64,000 bases of DNA from Podospora anserina (lineage: Eukaryota), in contig CM030334.1 in the NCBI GenBank assembly GCA_017654855.1, positions 2,418,001-2,482,000 of the forward strand, in the 5' to 3' direction. The position numbers were made by a program, and so were the translations under genes. Below are positions 62,601 through 64,000 of this stretch, piece by piece; within the stretch, counting starts at the first letter, position 1, and the number at the start of each line of letters is the position of its first letter. The notes beneath the pieces are model-generated. The model made no database searches, was not told the DNA's origin, and saw nothing but the letters and a program-made list of their open reading frames with translations.

Positions 62601-64000
62601 TAGTGTAGTGTAGGCATCTTCCTCTCACCTCATAAACTCCCACTCTGTATGTCTTCCTCGAGAATGACGACTACCTAGGGAAAGCCACACGCTCATCATC
62701 GCCCCCTACACCATGCCGGAGGTTGGACCCGTCTTGGCCCAATCTAGGGAGCTGGTCAGAAGAGCACAGAATGCTCGATTGGCGACGGATTGGCCAATGG
62801 AAGATGAATGAAAATTCATCCAAGGTCACGACTGGACGGCACTGCACTGCAACAGAAACCAAAAATGGCGAGAGAAAAAAAGGACCGCATCCCATCTGCC
62901 TGCCGCACGAGAGGGTAAACTGAGTTTCGGCACATCTGCATGCAGCTTTCTCACTGTGACCTCACCAAGTCCAACGAGTCGTGGAGAAGGCTGCTGTAAA
63001 AAGATTATCACAGAAAAGGCAGACTCTCAACCAATCACAACACACCAAGACCAGCCTCAACGTTCCTTATCTCGAACGAAGGGGTGGCCCCCGCAGCCCG
63101 ATCGCCTTACGCACAGACGTCACTGGTCTTTAAGACTTGGCCGGCTCCCCCTCCTCCACCACCACCACCCCATCTCATCCAGCGAAGGCCTGGGTTTTAA
63201 GCATATAAAGTGTGGTAGCTACTCACCCTACCTTGTCATCCCGAGATCACCGATGGTCGGCCGTATCGCCGCGGGTGGAAACAGTCCCATCAGGACGGAA
63301 ACTCTCGTCCACCTTCACCACACCCTCTGGCACCCGCATCATCTGAAGTTGGGAAAACGGTTTTCAGACCACGCGACAGCATCCCGCGGTGGAACGTTGC
63401 ATATGTTTGGCTGTCTTCTGCTGTGTTTCCCGTCTCAGCCAGAGCCGCAGGGCCGTATTTGGGGCAGAGGGTGATCCTGGCGACCTGAGACTCTTCCCGC
63501 AACGATGAACCCAAATTCCCCTCAAGGCGGGGTAGAGAGACGCGCAGTGGAACCCTGGCTTGGGCAAGGGGATGGGAGGCAAGGCTCCACTTCGTGGGGG
63601 GCGTTGCTGGAGGGTGACTGTATGAATAGACAGCAGCCATTCATCAGCAGCATGTTTGAGAGCCAAACATCTGATCTGCGTGCTTGTTCATGCCCGGAAT
63701 CGCTCCACCGGAGTTGGGAGTCATCGTGCTCTCTCCTTCTGGCTTCTGAGCTGTCGCCCGTTCCGCTGGCCGAGATCGGCGGGTTCCCGGTCTTTGATGG
63801 ACCTTGCCATCCAGACCGCCCGTTCAGCTATCGCCCGAGAATACCCTTTGACAAGGCTGCAAGGCCAGCTGTATGTGCCTTATTCCCAGCAGCTTTCCGG
63901 CCAGTCATGTTTAACAAGACGTAAGAATATTCTTTTTCCCTCTGTTCAACTGGTCACGGCAAAGATTGAGCACACGACCGGCTACGCGGCTCCCTCATGT

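Noticed and set aside
59601-64000. Short ORFs upstream of glt1, such as 61908-62276
   Set aside because: No recognisable domain or codon bias; treated as promoter or intergenic DNA.

Overview
Intron-containing genomic DNA from a filamentous ascomycete of the Sordariales. Podospora is likely, inferred from a Neurospora-like Pma1 N-terminus and a GLT1 intein. The window opens with the first 23 codons of pma1 (minus strand), followed by about 11 kb with no convincing gene. Next come a WD40/DCAF gene (Raf1/DIM-9-like), a small accessory patch (AT-rich relic, possible solo LTR, broken F-box-like gene), an opsin-related gene, cox11, gep3, mrp49, pmt2, a Rab2-like GTPase, a CTL-family transporter, a WW-domain gene, EMC7-like, met17, a MARVEL gene, a long-chain acyl-CoA ligase and the NADH glutamate synthase gene glt1. 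The main feature is a 682-aa intein with a LAGLIDADG homing endonuclease in glt1. It sits inside what would otherwise be an 18-nt micro-exon (MRK^CHL), with a spliceosomal intron 9 nt away on each side. The upstream intron holds an exactly 21-bp-phased, fold-back AGGCCT-type array. A related phased array lies at about 10.5 kb, with weaker copies elsewhere. All splice models and family calls were made by eye, without database searches.
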